From: Azolla caroliniana
Taxonomy: Eukaryota > Plantae > Polypodiophyta
Direction: 5' to 3'
Assembly: GCA_043228905.1 (NCBI GenBank)
Contig: JBHGNT010000005.1
Coordinates: 20,832,001-20,896,000, forward strand
DNA length: 64,000 bases
The notes beneath the pieces were generated by a model. It was not told the DNA's origin. It was given only the letters and a program-made list of their open reading frames with translations, and searched no databases. Numbering within the stretch: position 1 is the first letter of the stretch; each line of letters opens with the position of its first letter. This document shows positions 9,751-19,427 of this stretch, piece by piece. The position numbers and the translations under genes were made by a program.

Positions 9751-12700
9751 GTCCAGCCAAAATAGGAGCCGTTTGGTTGGACAGCCCTAGATCTGTGCAG
9801 CCCATTAGTGGTTCCATTCCCTCTAAGCAAGTTAGTGATGTGTTCGTAGCCCAAGTAGCAGTTAGTACTAAAAGTACCCCTCCAGTACATACCTTAGCCC
9901 TTCTAGATTCCGGAGCTAATTCTTGCTTCATGGATAGGAATTTTGCCCGAGCTCATCAGATATCTCTCAGAAAGCTCCCATGTCCAGCCTCAGTAGTAGT
10001 CATTGATGGTCGTCCCATTGCTTCTGGTAATATCATAGAAGAGTCGGAACCCGTTAATATTGTCCTAGATAACTTAACATGTGTAGTATCATTTAATATT
10101 ATTAGTATTCCAGAACATCCCATAGTTTTAGGATTACCATGGTTCGAGTTACATAACCCAGACATAGATTGGAGGACAAGGGAAATCCAGTTGCGACAAA
10201 CCCAAGGATCTACCCAGAAGGTTGCAACCATTTCGCTACGTCAGTTGCGTGAGGAAGGGCGCAAGGAGGAAATGTTTCTCTTCGCAATATCAGTACAACC
10301 CTCCAGCACCACCAAAGAGGAGTCCACCGTTCAACTTCCCGAGAAGTATCATCAGTATGCTGATGTGTTCGATAAAGTACAAGCCAACACACTTCCTCAT
10401 CATCGGCCGTACGATTGCGCCATCGACTTACAACCGGGAAAAGAGCCGCCATGGGGGCCGATCTACAATTTGTCACCAACCGAGCTAGAAGTCCTTCGAG
10501 CCTATATAGAGGAGAATTTGGAGAACGGTTTCATTCGGCATTCGAAATCTCCAGCCGGCGCACCCATTTTTTTCGTCAAGAAAAAAGATGGCTCGCTTCG
10601 ACTCGTTGTAGATTACCGTGGCTTGAATAAGGTCACAGTAAGAAATAGGTATGCTCTTCCCCTTATCTCAAGTCTTTTAGAACGGATCAACGGTGCCAGG
10701 TTCTTCACGAAGATCGACTTACGAGGAGCCTATAACCTCGTACGGATCCGACCAGGAGATGAATGGAAGACCGCGTTTCGCACCAGATATGGGCACTTCG
10801 AGTATACGGTCATGCCGTTCGGACTCACTAATGCGCCGGCAGTCTTCCAGCACATGGCGAATGATATATTTCGAGATCTCTTGGATGATTTTTTGATCAT
10901 CTATTTGGATGATCTACTGGTTTATTCAAAGACCCAAGAAGAACATGATTCTCATGTACTATTAGTACTAAAACGACTTCGAGAACATGGTCTGTATGCA
11001 AAGTTAGAGAAATGTAGTTTCGGGTGCAACCAAGTGGAGTTTCTCGGCTATGTCATCTCCTCAGAAGGCATATCTATGGACCCAGCCAAGGTCAAAACGG
11101 TGATAGAATGGCACACTCCGCGTTCGGTGCGGGATGTGCAATGCTTCCTAGGCTTTGCAAATTTTTACCGGAAGTTCATACAAAATTACTCAAAAATTGT
11201 GCTGCCTCTCACACAGCTCACCAGGAAGGGACAATCATTCATCTGGTCTAAAGAGACGGACATGGCTTTCGAGAGTCTTAAGAAGGCGTTTACATCAGCT
11301 CCAATTTTAGGTCATGTGGATCCGGAAAAACCATTCATTATCGAAGCTGACGCATCGGATTTCGCATTGGGGAGCATTCTGTCACAACAAGGTAACGACG
11401 AGAAGCTACATCCTGTGGCTTTCCACTCCCGTAAGTTTGACGCCGCCGAAATCAACTACGAAATTCATGATAAAGAGCTATTAGCAATAGTTGATTCTTT
11501 TATGCAATGGAGGCATTTCCTGGAGGGATCTCCTCATCAGGTCACTGTATTCAGTGACCACAAGAACCTTGCCTACTTTCAAGATGCTCGTGTACTGAAT
11601 CGACGTCAAGCTCGGTGGGCCCACTTCCTCACACGCTTCGACTTCAAAATTACATATCGTCCGGGGAAGCACCAAGGGAAGGCAGATGCATTATCACGGC
11701 GTTCGTATCTAACACCACGTCCCGGTGAGCCAGCTTTCGATAACCAGAAGCAAGTAATCTTGGGTCCAGCACGACTGCAAGCAGCACAGGTCTTTGACAT
11801 GCCCGTGGATTCCGACATTACCAATACTATACGTGAGGACTTGAAGACTGACGCTTTCGCCCAAGCTATACTAGCACAAATTGACCCCTCTCGAGCGTCA
11901 TGTTCACAATCACAATCACCAGGTACGGATTATCGGCAATTCAAATACTGTGATGGATTACTCTTCTTTAAAGAACTTTTGTATGTTCCTAATGGTTCTT
12001 GCCGCCTTCGAGTAGTACAAAACTGCCATGACACATATACAGCAGGACATTTTGGTAGTACTAAAACATTAGATTTAGTACAACGATCATTCTGGTGGCC
12101 CCGTATGCGACAATTTGTCGAAGATTTTGTTCGGACTTGCGATACATGCTGCAGAGCGAAAATGCCAAGACATCATCCATATGGTTTATTAGAACCATTA
12201 CCAATTCCAAGCAAGCCATGGCAATCCATTGCTCTTGACTTCATTACAGATCTTCCAGTCTCTAAGGGATTCAGTGCGATTCTCACAGTGGTGGATCGAT
12301 ATACGAAGATGGCTCATTTCTTACCATGTACTAAAGAAATATCTAGTGAAGACACCGCCGAAATTGTCATGCGGGAAGTATGTCGGCATCATGGACTCCC
12401 TGATAATATCATCAGCGATCGTGGACCCCAGTTTGTGTCAAAATTCTGGAAGCACCTTTTTAAAATGCTGAAGGTCACTTGTAACCTCTCCTCCGGCTAC
12501 CACCCACAAACCGACGGTCAAGCCGAACGAACAAATCAAACACTGGAGCAGTATCTGCGGTGCTTTCTCAACTATCATCAGAATGACTGGGCAGATATTC
12601 TTCAGTTCGCCGAATTTGCCTATAATAACGCTATCCACGCATCGACTAAAGTCACGCCATTCTACGCTTATACAGGATATCATCCCCGGTGGTGTGTCCT

Positions 12701-13334
12701 TGAAACCCCAGAAGTGTCCACAAATCCTTGCGCGGAGGATCGTTTGGAGCGGTTACGCAAGATACAAGCGGATTTATCTACTCAACTCCAGCAAGCTCAA
12801 CAATCACACAAGGACTACGCAGATCGTCATCGACTTCCATCCAGTTTTAACATTGGAGATCGGGTGTGGCTGCTACGACGACACATCAAGACTACTCGCC
12901 CATGTGAGAAGTTGGATTATCGGCGATTAGGTCCTTTCCGTATTATCGGGAAGATTAATGATGTCGCTTTTCGTCTCGAGCTACCTCCGCAACTTCGGAT
13001 ACATCCGGTGTTTCATAGTTCTCTCCTCGAACCCTATCACGAGAGCACTATCCCAGGACGTACTATACAACCACCACCTCCTATCGAGCTCGAAGATGGA
13101 CCTGAGTATGAGGTCGCTGCCATCCTCGATTCCAAGATTGTTCGCAACAAGCTCTACTATCTAGTCGATTGGCTAGGATATAGTCCCAGCGAGCGTACTT
13201 GGGAACCGATCGAGAATGTGACCAATGCTCGTGCTCTTCTAGAAGACTTCCATCGACGATATCCCGAGAAACCGGGTCCTCAATCCAAAACGACTCGTGG
13301 AACTCGTCGTTTTAAAGGGGGGATAGTGTCATAA
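9723..13334 (+). CDS. pol: Pol (PR-RT-RNase H-IN-chromodomain) in the -1 frame relative to gag
   Basis: ALLDSGA, YLDDLL, EADASDFALG, IALDFIT/SDRGPQF/GQAER, GPF, then chromodomain EYEVAAILDS..YLVDWLGY..TWEP. The frame is open from 9723 (after TAG at 9720) and the stop lies inside the 3' LTR. Confidence 0.96.
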   Translation, partial: PIRRRVKRLSPAKIGAVWLDSPRSVQPISGSIPSKQVSDVFVAQVAVSTKSTPPVHTLALLDSGANSCFMDRNFARAHQISLRKLPCPASVVVIDGRPIASGNIIEESEPVNIVLDNLTCVVSFNIISIPEHPIVLGLPWFELHNPDIDWRTREIQLRQTQGSTQKVATISLRQLREEGRKEEMFLFAISVQPSSTTKEESTVQLPEKYHQYADVFDKVQANTLPHHRPYDCAIDLQPGKEPPWGPIYNLSPTELEVLRAYIEENLENGFIRHSKSPAGAPIFFVKKKDGSLRLVVDYRGLNKVTVRNRYALPLISSLLERINGARFFTKIDLRGAYNLVRIRPGDEWKTAFRTRYGHFEYTVMPFGLTNAPAVFQHMANDIFRDLLDDFLIIYLDDLLVYSKTQEEHDSHVLLVLKRLREHGLYAKLEKCSFGCNQVEFLGYVISSEGISMDPAKVKTVIEWHTPRSVRDVQCFLGFANFYRKFIQNYSKIVLPLTQLTRKGQSFIWSKETDMAFESLKKAFTSAPILGHVDPEKPFIIEADASDFALGSILSQQGNDEKLHPVAFHSRKFDAAEINYEIHDKELLAIVDSFMQWRHFLEGSPHQVTVFSDHKNLAYFQDARVLNRRQARWAHFLTRFDFKITYRPGKHQGKADALSRRSYLTPRPGEPAFDNQKQVILGPARLQAAQVFDMPVDSDITNTIREDLKTDAFAQAILAQIDPSRASCSQSQSPGTDYRQFKYCDGLLFFKELLYVPNGSCRLRVVQNCHDTYTAGHFGSTKTLDLVQRSFWWPRMRQFVEDFVRTCDTCCRAKMPRHHPYGLLEPLPIPSKPWQSIALDFITDLPVSKGFSAILTVVDRYTKMAHFLPCTKEISSEDTAEIVMREVCRHHGLPDNIISDRGPQFVSKFWKHLFKMLKVTCNLSSGYHPQTDGQAERTNQTLEQYLRCFLNYHQNDWADILQFAEFAYNNAIHASTKVTPFYAYTGYHPRWCVLETPEVSTNPCAEDRLERLRKIQADLSTQLQQAQQSHKDYADRHRLPSSFNIGDRVWLLRRHIKTTRPCEKLDYRRLGPFRIIGKINDVAFRLELPPQLRIHPVFHSSLLEPYHESTIPGRTIQPPPPIELEDGPEYEVAAILDSKIVRNKLYYLVDWLGYSPSERTWEPIENVTNARALLEDFHRRYPEKPGPQSKTTRGTRRFKGGIVS
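9738..9790 (+). promoter_or_regulatory. Putative -1 programmed ribosomal frameshift signal
   Basis: G_TTA_AAC heptamer (9738-9744) in gag phase, 6-nt spacer, then an 11-bp stem GTCCAGCCAAA (9751-9761) / TTTGGTTGGAC (9772-9782) with one G-U pair. Confidence 0.8.
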
Positions 13335-13616
13335 CTAGACTCGAACCCATAACCTTTTGTTACACGGGTCGAGACTTTACCATTAGGTTATGAATTGTAA
13401 TTTGAAGGATATTATTTTCATTTAGGTTTTATTAGGAAATTGATGTATATTCCAGATTTCTCTGGAACATTCTAGAAACTTCAGGAGTATTCCTGAAGAC
13501 ACTATAAAAGGAGGCGCAAGGCATTAGTTCGAACCAAATCGGTTCAACGCCAGTCTTAAGCCTTCTAACCACTGTTGTATATCTTCCTTCATATAATACA
13601 TATATCTTTCGCATCA

Positions 13617-13663
<47 letters not shown>

Positions 13664-13789
13664 CCTTCTCTCAAAGTTCGACACCTCTCATAGTACTAAT
13701 CCTTCTCTGTCTTAGTACTATTCCCCGACAATAGTACTAATCCTTCTTTTAGTACTAATTCCTTCTCTGCCTTAATAGAGTTCCTGACA
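13327..13789 (+). repeat. 3' LTR of the chromovirus
   Basis: Direct repeat of 8021-8477 with three extra TC units. Confidence 0.97.
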
Positions 13790-14230
13790 ATAAAGGCGTA
13801 CGAGCATTTTGTGCGTGTGTTTGTGTCCTCCTTGTACGTTCGACCGTCTTGTGACGAGGGGACCGTTCGGGCTTGGCCATGCACCTCTCCTCCTCATAAA
13901 GGCATACGAGCATTTGTGCGTGTGTTTGTGTCTTCCTTGTATGTTCGGCCGTCTTGTGACGAGGGGACCGTTCGGGCTTGCCCATGCACCTCTCCTCCTC
14001 ATAAAGACGTACGAGCATTTGTGTGTGTGTTTGTGTCTTCCTTGTACGTTCGACCGTCTTGTGACGAGGGGACCGTTCGGGCTTGCCCATGCACCTCTCC
14101 TCCTCATAAAGGCATACGAGCATTTTGTGCGTGAGTTTTGTGTCTTCCTCGTACGTTCGACGTCTTGTCACGAGGGAGCGTTCAGGCGCGCCCATGCACC
14201 TCTCCTCCTCATAAAGCCATACGGACATTC
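13790..14230 (+). repeat. 105-bp tandem array inside the long solo LTR (first unit at ~7915-8020)
   Basis: TCCTCATAAA recurs at 8011, 13891, 13996, 14101 and 14206. Confidence 0.92.
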
Positions 14231-14639
14231 GTGTTTGTGTTATCGTCCCCTTGTGCGTTCATGTTGCGTGCTTATCTTGCTTGTACTCGTTTGGTCACTT
14301 GGCTCGTATGGTGATCTCGGAAGGTCGACGAGTCGTGATCAACGAGAGCCACCGGCCTCACAAAACAAAAGGGGAATGAGACCTTGCTCGAAAAGGGGTG
14401 GGGAAGTAGTATTGTCATAAAGCAAACCTCGGGTCTTCTCTATCCCTTGAGTACTCCCTAGTCCGAGACCCCCGTGGTCCCGCCCAAGTAACACACGCGC
14501 GCGAAACTTCGCGACAACGTTCCATGGTCTCCACCCATTCCATGAAGCCCCGCTTCGATAGTCGAAGTGCGTCATCAAGCCCGTATTTTTTGAGGAGCCG
14601 ACCTTCGAATTTTCCCCAGGTTCGGCACCCAGCCTGAAT

Positions 14640-17448
14640 TGTAGCGATGATTATTGTATCCCTGATGGTCTGGATATCGTCTTTCTCCACCCCGTCTTCG
14701 GTCCATGGTTGTTTAAGTACCCGTATTTAACGTTTAAATACATATCGTACCTCATAATTTGTATAGTATGTATTATACCTCAATGTTGTTCAGTCAAATA
14801 TCATGTACATTTGTCCAATACGGTATTTAACATATTTATAAAAAAACAGGTATAATACGTATTTATAAAGAAAATGTAAGTAAAACCCAAAAAGCAAAAG
14901 AAAAAAAAGATTTTAATGAAAAAGAAGCCAAAGGAAGGAAGGAAGAAAAATAGAAGAGATGACGATGAAGAAGATGAAGAAGAAGAAGAAGAGAGAAAAG
15001 AAAACATAACCCTGTCTTAACTCTGAGTGTGATAATCGCAAAAGATAGAAGAAGAAGACGAAGAAAAGAGAAACCTATCATGAGTGTGATAATCATAGAC
15101 GATTCCTCAATCTATGAAGGCATAATTGTAAATAATTACAATTTGAAGTAGAATATACACACTTACACTGATTTATAGAATAAGGGAATGTTGACATTAA
15201 TATTACTACAAGTATTTTAGGATGTGAAATGTTTAAATGTCTTATATGCATTTTAGGATGTAGAACTATACTGTACATCACAAAATTGTGTAAACATAGA
15301 TGTTTTTAACAATATTATAGATATTTTTTAGGAAAGGTAAATAATTTTCAAATTCTAGAAGTATTTAACGTATTATACGTAAAATACGTATCTTATGTAT
15401 TTTATAAGTATTTAACATATTAAGAAAACATATTTAACGTATTTTTAAATTAGGAGGTACTATACGCGTATTAATACGTTATATACGTATGGTATATGTA
15501 TCGTACCTAACAACCTTGTTCCGGTCATACTCCAGAGAATAGTCCCTTTGGTAGCAATCCCCGAAATAATCGTCTCTCCTTCGGTCATCATACCAATAAC
15601 GTCCCTCTGGTCTGTATCAGTCCTCTCCGGTACCGGTCATCATCCGACCTCCACTCATCTTGGGGCTCGATTTGCCTTACTAACACAACCTACCAGTTCA
15701 ATAAGTTGTATTCGCATTGGTCCATAGTATGTGCCTTTGAGTGACACAATAGATATTGTGTCCGCATGGTGCATTCCAAGGTGGAATGGCCAGATTTAAG
15801 ACATGTTGTGCATTGAACTGCCTGCCTGAACCGAAGTTCCTCCTCCTTGGGTAGTGCACGTTGAAGGGCCCCCATATAATTATTGTTCTAGGCCCTATCC
15901 ATCTCAAGCACCCGGTCAATGACCTCGTCCGAAAATCTAACACTGCTAACATAGTCTGGACTGGCTCCTGGAGAGCTGCCAAAAATATTGCCTTAACTTC
16001 ATCCTCCGGGGGTGCCCTCATCAGTTGGTTGTGCAGCGTTTGGAATCGGATGATAAATTGTGGGACGGTTTCATGTGCCTCTTGGCACGTAGTATAGAAC
16101 TGTCCAACTAGCTCTCTTTGTGCCACCTATCGATGAAACAGCCACAGGAACTTCTCTCGAAGGGCCTGAAATGGAGCGAAGCTCCCTGGTAGATGTTTAG
16201 CATGCCTTTGCACCGCTGGTCCTTCCAATGATAGGCCAAAATCTGCAAATTTCGATCGTTCAGCTTCTGCTTCCGTTAGTAGCTATGAGATATGGTTGGC
16301 ATCCCATATCTATAAAAAAAGCATAGACGTGTGCCTCTACGTCTAGTTCATCGTGGTACTTGGGGTACAGATACATCATATTGTCTTCTTCTTCAACCTT
16401 GTCCGGTTCTAATATGGGTTCGTGTACTGATGGTGTCGGCATGCGGTTGTCTTCCTCCTCTGGTTGTTGTTCCGGGATCACTTCTTCCGGTTGGACCGAA
16501 TTCACTTCTTGTACCAATGGTGTTTGTATCGTCGTTTCCGACTCCGGTGTCGGTGTCTGTTCGGATCCGTCTTCCTCCAGCTCGTCCGGAGTGTCGTGAT
16601 TGGATCGATAATTCAAGTGGACCTTTTGTTCACTATTTGATCCCGACTCGAATGCCAAAAAGGCCTTTGAATCTCTGGCGCCTGTTGCCAATGTCTACAA
16701 TATCGATTCGGCGTCTAAAGTTGCTTCCCTCGTCTGAGTGTCGTTGATTGTGAATCCGGATTGTTTCCTCCACGACCCATCGAAGCACTCTGGGAAAAGA
16801 CCAATCCTGCCGGATCTCTTTTGCCGCCTGTTGGTAAGCCTCCCGCCTCTGCAATCACTCGGCTAGTCTTCTTGCTCATTCGATCACTTGGACGTTCATT
16901 TGTCTAGAAATCCATTCCCCATTGCTCACTGCTTAGTGCAAGAATCATGGTCGCCAAAACGGTGTTTATCCTAGACCGAACTAGCCACAAACATAGGGTG
17001 TCCTTCTAGAACACGTCTCCAAAGGGGTGGTCGGAGATCTGGATGATGATTCGGATCTTATTTGCTCAAGACTATCCAGTTACTTTCCGAATTGCCTTCC
17101 GGAATACTTATCACTTATCCCCTTCTTAATTACACGCGTAAGATTATGAATGATGGCACAGACGGCAAGTACACAAGGTAGACAATAAGATTAACAAGAA
17201 CAACACTTAGCTTGTACTACTTCCGTTAAACTATACATCAATCCGGATCCTTTTATAGGCATCCGATACAGGTTACAAAATGGTGCTTTACCGGCTACCA
17301 GTTACTAATCGGTGCGGATTCAGATCGGTACAACTATCCGGATCCGTCATTTCCTTTAAAAATTATTAACTACTATTTATATAATATCCTTCCGACCCAA
17401 CTCTTCCATGTCCACATTTCTCCTCCGGATCATACTCCTACGCCAACA
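14640..17448 (-). mobile_element. Decayed LTR retrotransposon D (Gypsy-like): 5' LTR, PBS and gag with two zinc knuckles; pol missing
   Basis: LTR 16963-17448 (minus strand TGTTGG...AAACA, CCTATAAAAGG), then TTTTGGCGACCA PBS-like motif. Gag fragments: QEAHETVPQFIIRFQ, CTTCLKSGHSTLEC, LCHSKAHTMDQC. Confidence 0.75.
14704..15518. mobile_element. Non-autonomous hAT-type DNA transposon (MITE-like, 815 bp)
   Basis: TIRs CATGGTTGTTTAAGTAC / GTACCTAACAACCTTG; degenerate 8-bp TSD CTTCGGTC / TTCCGGTC; AT-rich with subterminal CGTAT/ATACG repeats. Confidence 0.75.
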
Positions 17449-18604
17449 CCAACACATTTTTGTTGATTGAAGGATCACATGAGCTTGATTGCACTTTCGT
17501 TGAAAATAGGAATCTTGCAATGATACCAACCAATGAGATTTATAACAAGGTTATTGGGAAGTATTGCAAGATGGAGGGAAAAAGTTTGAAATGCATGGGG
17601 CTTTCATAAGCCCATATTTGGTGGTTCCATATGATTAAATTGGGTTGGCATTCTCATTTGATTTTGAGAGCAAAGGCATTTATTTTGAGAATTATGGTTG
17701 GGACTTTACGTTTGGGAGATTTTGAGCAAAAGAAGAATTGCTAGAGGAATTTGTTTCTTTTGTTGAGTTGAAGTGACGCAAGTCACCATTGATTTGTTTC
17801 ATGTTCAAGTGCCATAACTATTTGGAAGATTATCAACGCAACATGGATGTCTTTAATGACAGTCGTCAAATCATTGTTTAAGTGGATTTGTGGACTGTGC
17901 CACATTTTCAACTTAGTTTGGAATATCTAAGGCATTTGAAGGACTATCACATTATTTAATCATTGAATGAGAAGTGCATCTATTTTTTATTCCCAAGTTG
18001 GAGTGAGGACTCGGGAGGTACATTGTGATGTTGAAAAGTGTTCTTCTATGGCAATTCTCGCTATTAGAAAAGACAAGAGATGAGGAAAGGGCCAAGGCAA
18101 ATATGCAAGTCTGCAAAATATTGTCTTTGCCATTTTATATGCTCTAAACAATCATTGTGGTGTATGTGGAGATCAATTCCCTTGTGTAAAATAAACATAG
18201 TGGTATTAACACATTAATAATGACATTTCTACTAGAGAGAGAGAGAGAATCAATCAATCAATCCATCAATCCATCATTGGGACAGTTACTATTTAGAAAC
18301 CATGAGGCTATGAGTTTAAGTAAAAGTGATACATGGTGTAACAAAGATGCATGAAAGCGAGGATTTTCAGAACAAAGCATGTAGTGAAAAAAATATGAAG
18401 AGAATATCAATTATATCAAGCAAGCCAAGTGAATAAATACAAAGAAGGGAAAAAATAAGAAGAAAGAGAAACATAAGAGTTAGAGATAGAAATGCTGATT
18501 TTCTAGTCAATTCTGAGGAGACAAAAGAAACACACTTAGAGAAATTGACTGAAATAAAGAGATACAAACAAATGCCTTATTATGTATCCAACATTCCGAA
18601 GACA

Positions 18605-18793
18605 AAGGCAAGAATTAATAAGAAGAAGAAGCAAAGGAATAAGTATAAGTACCGCGATAAAAAGAAAAAGAAAAAGATGGTAGCCAAATGTGTTCCAAAA
18701 ACAGGCAAGAATTAATAATAGGAAGAAGCAAAGGAATAAGTATAAGCACCAAGATAAAAAGAAAAAGAAAAAGATTGTAGCCAAATGTGTTTT
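18605..18793 (+). repeat. Tandem duplication, ~97-bp purine-rich unit x2
   Basis: AGGCAAGAATTAATAA...TAGCCAAATGTGTT occurs twice. Confidence 0.85.
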
Positions 18794-19427
18794 TTTTAAT
18801 CACCCTCGATTCAAATATGACCTATGAAAGAACACAAAGTGAAACATTTGCATGTCGTGTGGGTGTAGTCAATAAGTGCCGCTCAATGTTCAAGATTACA
18901 CCAATGAGTGTCACATTTGAGAGTACATAATACGTTACATCTCTGCGAGAGGTGTATATAGAGAGATGGATTGAACCGAGTGAGAGATTAATAACAAGGA
19001 AAATGCACTAATTTTCTACCAATGGCATGAAATGGTTACATGTCTGGGAGATACTAAGGGCTTAGTCACTATTAGCCGTGATATGAGCAGCAAATATGAT
19101 ATTTTTTGGGGACACAAAAGACAGAGATCCTGATCTTGGAGCAAGGGTGACCCCAATGAAAGTTATGCAAAGGAGTACCGAGTACCCATCCAATGCCGAG
19201 AGCAACTATCTTTTGTCAAATCTGGTGTATCTCAATGTTCTTGTTCAAGAAATCCATGACAAAGTCTTGATGAACCATCACTCAGAGATGAACATATGTA
19301 GATAGTAGAGAAATCTTGATTATAAAGGTTATGGAGATGCTAACAAGGATACATTTTCTTAAAACCCCATACAATGTAAGATACATTTCCCTAAAACCCA
19401 ATATACAAGGATAACTTGAGGCTAACA

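Larger units (their letters stand above)
8021..13789 (+). mobile_element. Intact Ty3/Gypsy chromovirus (Tcn1 / Tf1-sushi-like), apparently very recent insertion
   Basis: 457-bp and 463-bp LTRs differing, as far as I can see, only in (TC)n length; TSD ATAAA (8016-8020, 13790-13794); PPT AAAGGGGGGATAG (13314-13326); uninterrupted gag and pol with a C-terminal chromodomain. Confidence 0.97.
7089..14516 (+). mobile_element. Long solo LTR (~1.65 kb net) inserted in the gag of element A and split by the intact chromovirus
   Basis: Termini TGTCGTGA / TCGCGACA; flanking ACGT duplication (7085-7088, 14517-14520); host gag reading resumes on both sides; CCTATAAAAGG near 7473; internal 105-bp tandem array. 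Confidence 0.78.
768..14640 (-). mobile_element. Decayed Ty3/Gypsy element A (3' LTR, pol and part of gag), interrupted by nested insertions at 5681-6102 and 7089-14516; no matching 5' LTR found
   Basis: Fragmented minus ORFs in Gypsy order: protease ALIDHGSEINLM (4963-5364), RT PYSNRWF/PQGGTNSV/FLDDIPIKG (3344-4855), RNase H VTVDTSPTGIG (2616-3639), integrase YWWPGL/YALWADRTT (1816-2754). Gag pieces at 6103-7088 and 14517-14640. Many stops and frameshifts. Confidence 0.88.

Noticed and set aside
13755-14420. Repeat-containing ORFs of 107-203 aa and a CRISPR-like periodic look
   Set aside because: By-product of a 105-bp (35-codon) tandem array; units are near-identical with no unique spacers, and the DNA is eukaryotic.
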